From positions 308-64,307 of the forward strand of contig CAYVEO010000006.1 in the NCBI GenBank assembly GCA_964449965.1: a stretch of 64,000 nucleotides of DNA, given 5' to 3'. Below the pieces are notes generated by a model. It made no database searches and was not told the DNA's origin. It saw nothing but the letters and a program-made list of their open reading frames with translations. This stretch comes from an uncultured Planctomycetia bacterium. Its GTDB lineage: Bacteria; Omnitrophota; Gorgyraeia; CAYVEO01. Positions 63,667 to 64,000 of the stretch are shown piece after piece. A program made the translations under genes and the position numbers. How positions within the stretch are numbered: the stretch's first letter is position 1; every line of letters begins with the position of its first letter.

Positions 63667-64000
63667 ATGGAATTTAAAACGCATATCAGCATTAAGAATC
63701 TAAGCGTAACTTATGGTCAACACCAGGCATTAAATAACATTACTATTGATATCCCCGATAAAAGGATAACTGCAATAATCGGCCCATCCGGCTGCGGTAA
63801 GACAACACTGCTTAAGTCTTTTAATCGTCTGATTGACCTGCAAGATGGAGTGAGGGTAAGCGGAAAAGTGTTAGTGGATGGCGAAGATATTTATGCTCCC
63901 AAAGTAGAAGTAACACATTTAAGAAAAAAGATGGGATATCTTTCACAAAGACCTCAGGTTCTGCCTATGTCTATTTACGATAACGTGGCTTATGGACCAA
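63667..64000 (+). CDS. pstB: PstB-like ABC ATPase (truncated by window edge)
   Basis: [12 protein letters not shown]...[21 protein letters not shown]...[12 protein letters not shown]; not in the ORF track. Confidence 0.92.
   Translation, partial: MEFKTHISIKNLSVTYGQHQALNNITIDIPDKRITAIIGPSGCGKTTLLKSFNRLIDLQDGVRVSGKVLVDGEDIYAPKVEVTHLRKKMGYLSQRPQVLPMSIYDNVAYGP

Noticed and set aside
1-64000. tRNA, rRNA, CRISPR arrays or selenocysteine read-through
   Set aside because: None recognised by eye; the TGA stops examined coincide with natural protein ends or ATGA overlaps. A covariance-model scan would be needed to exclude small RNAs.

Overview
AT-rich window (roughly 40% GC by eye) from a diderm, probably anaerobic bacterium. 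Nearly all genes are on the + strand. Bases 1-50.7 kb form an extracellular electron transfer (EET) super-cluster: 14 multiheme c-type cytochrome genes with about 141 canonical CxxCH motifs counted by hand, plus 4 non-canonical ones. It contains a Rieske/cytochrome b6/subunit IV complex, two system II cytochrome c maturation pairs, a 42-heme cytochrome, and two OmcS-like hexaheme nanowire subunits with NHL, beta-barrel and CsgG-like companion genes. It also holds a NapC-type quinol dehydrogenase and two paralogous porin-cytochrome conduits under sigma54 control. Conduit 1 ends in a 13-heme OmcB-like lipoprotein. Conduit 2 ends in a TtrA/SrdA-clade molybdoenzyme with no membrane anchor; it is preceded by an AioXSR-like sensor and followed by a Moco riboswitch, moaA, a molybdate transporter and arsR-acr3, which suggests an outer-surface arsenic or other oxyanion oxidoreductase. 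The right end has an Rrf2 regulator, an IS3-disrupted sigma factor, and an unannotated Met/Cys-rich leader peptide with attenuator in front of a porin plus a PstSCAB-like ABC transporter whose binding protein lacks typical phosphate-binding hydroxyls. That module may import a sulfur oxyanion. All family assignments come from motif recognition, not database searches.
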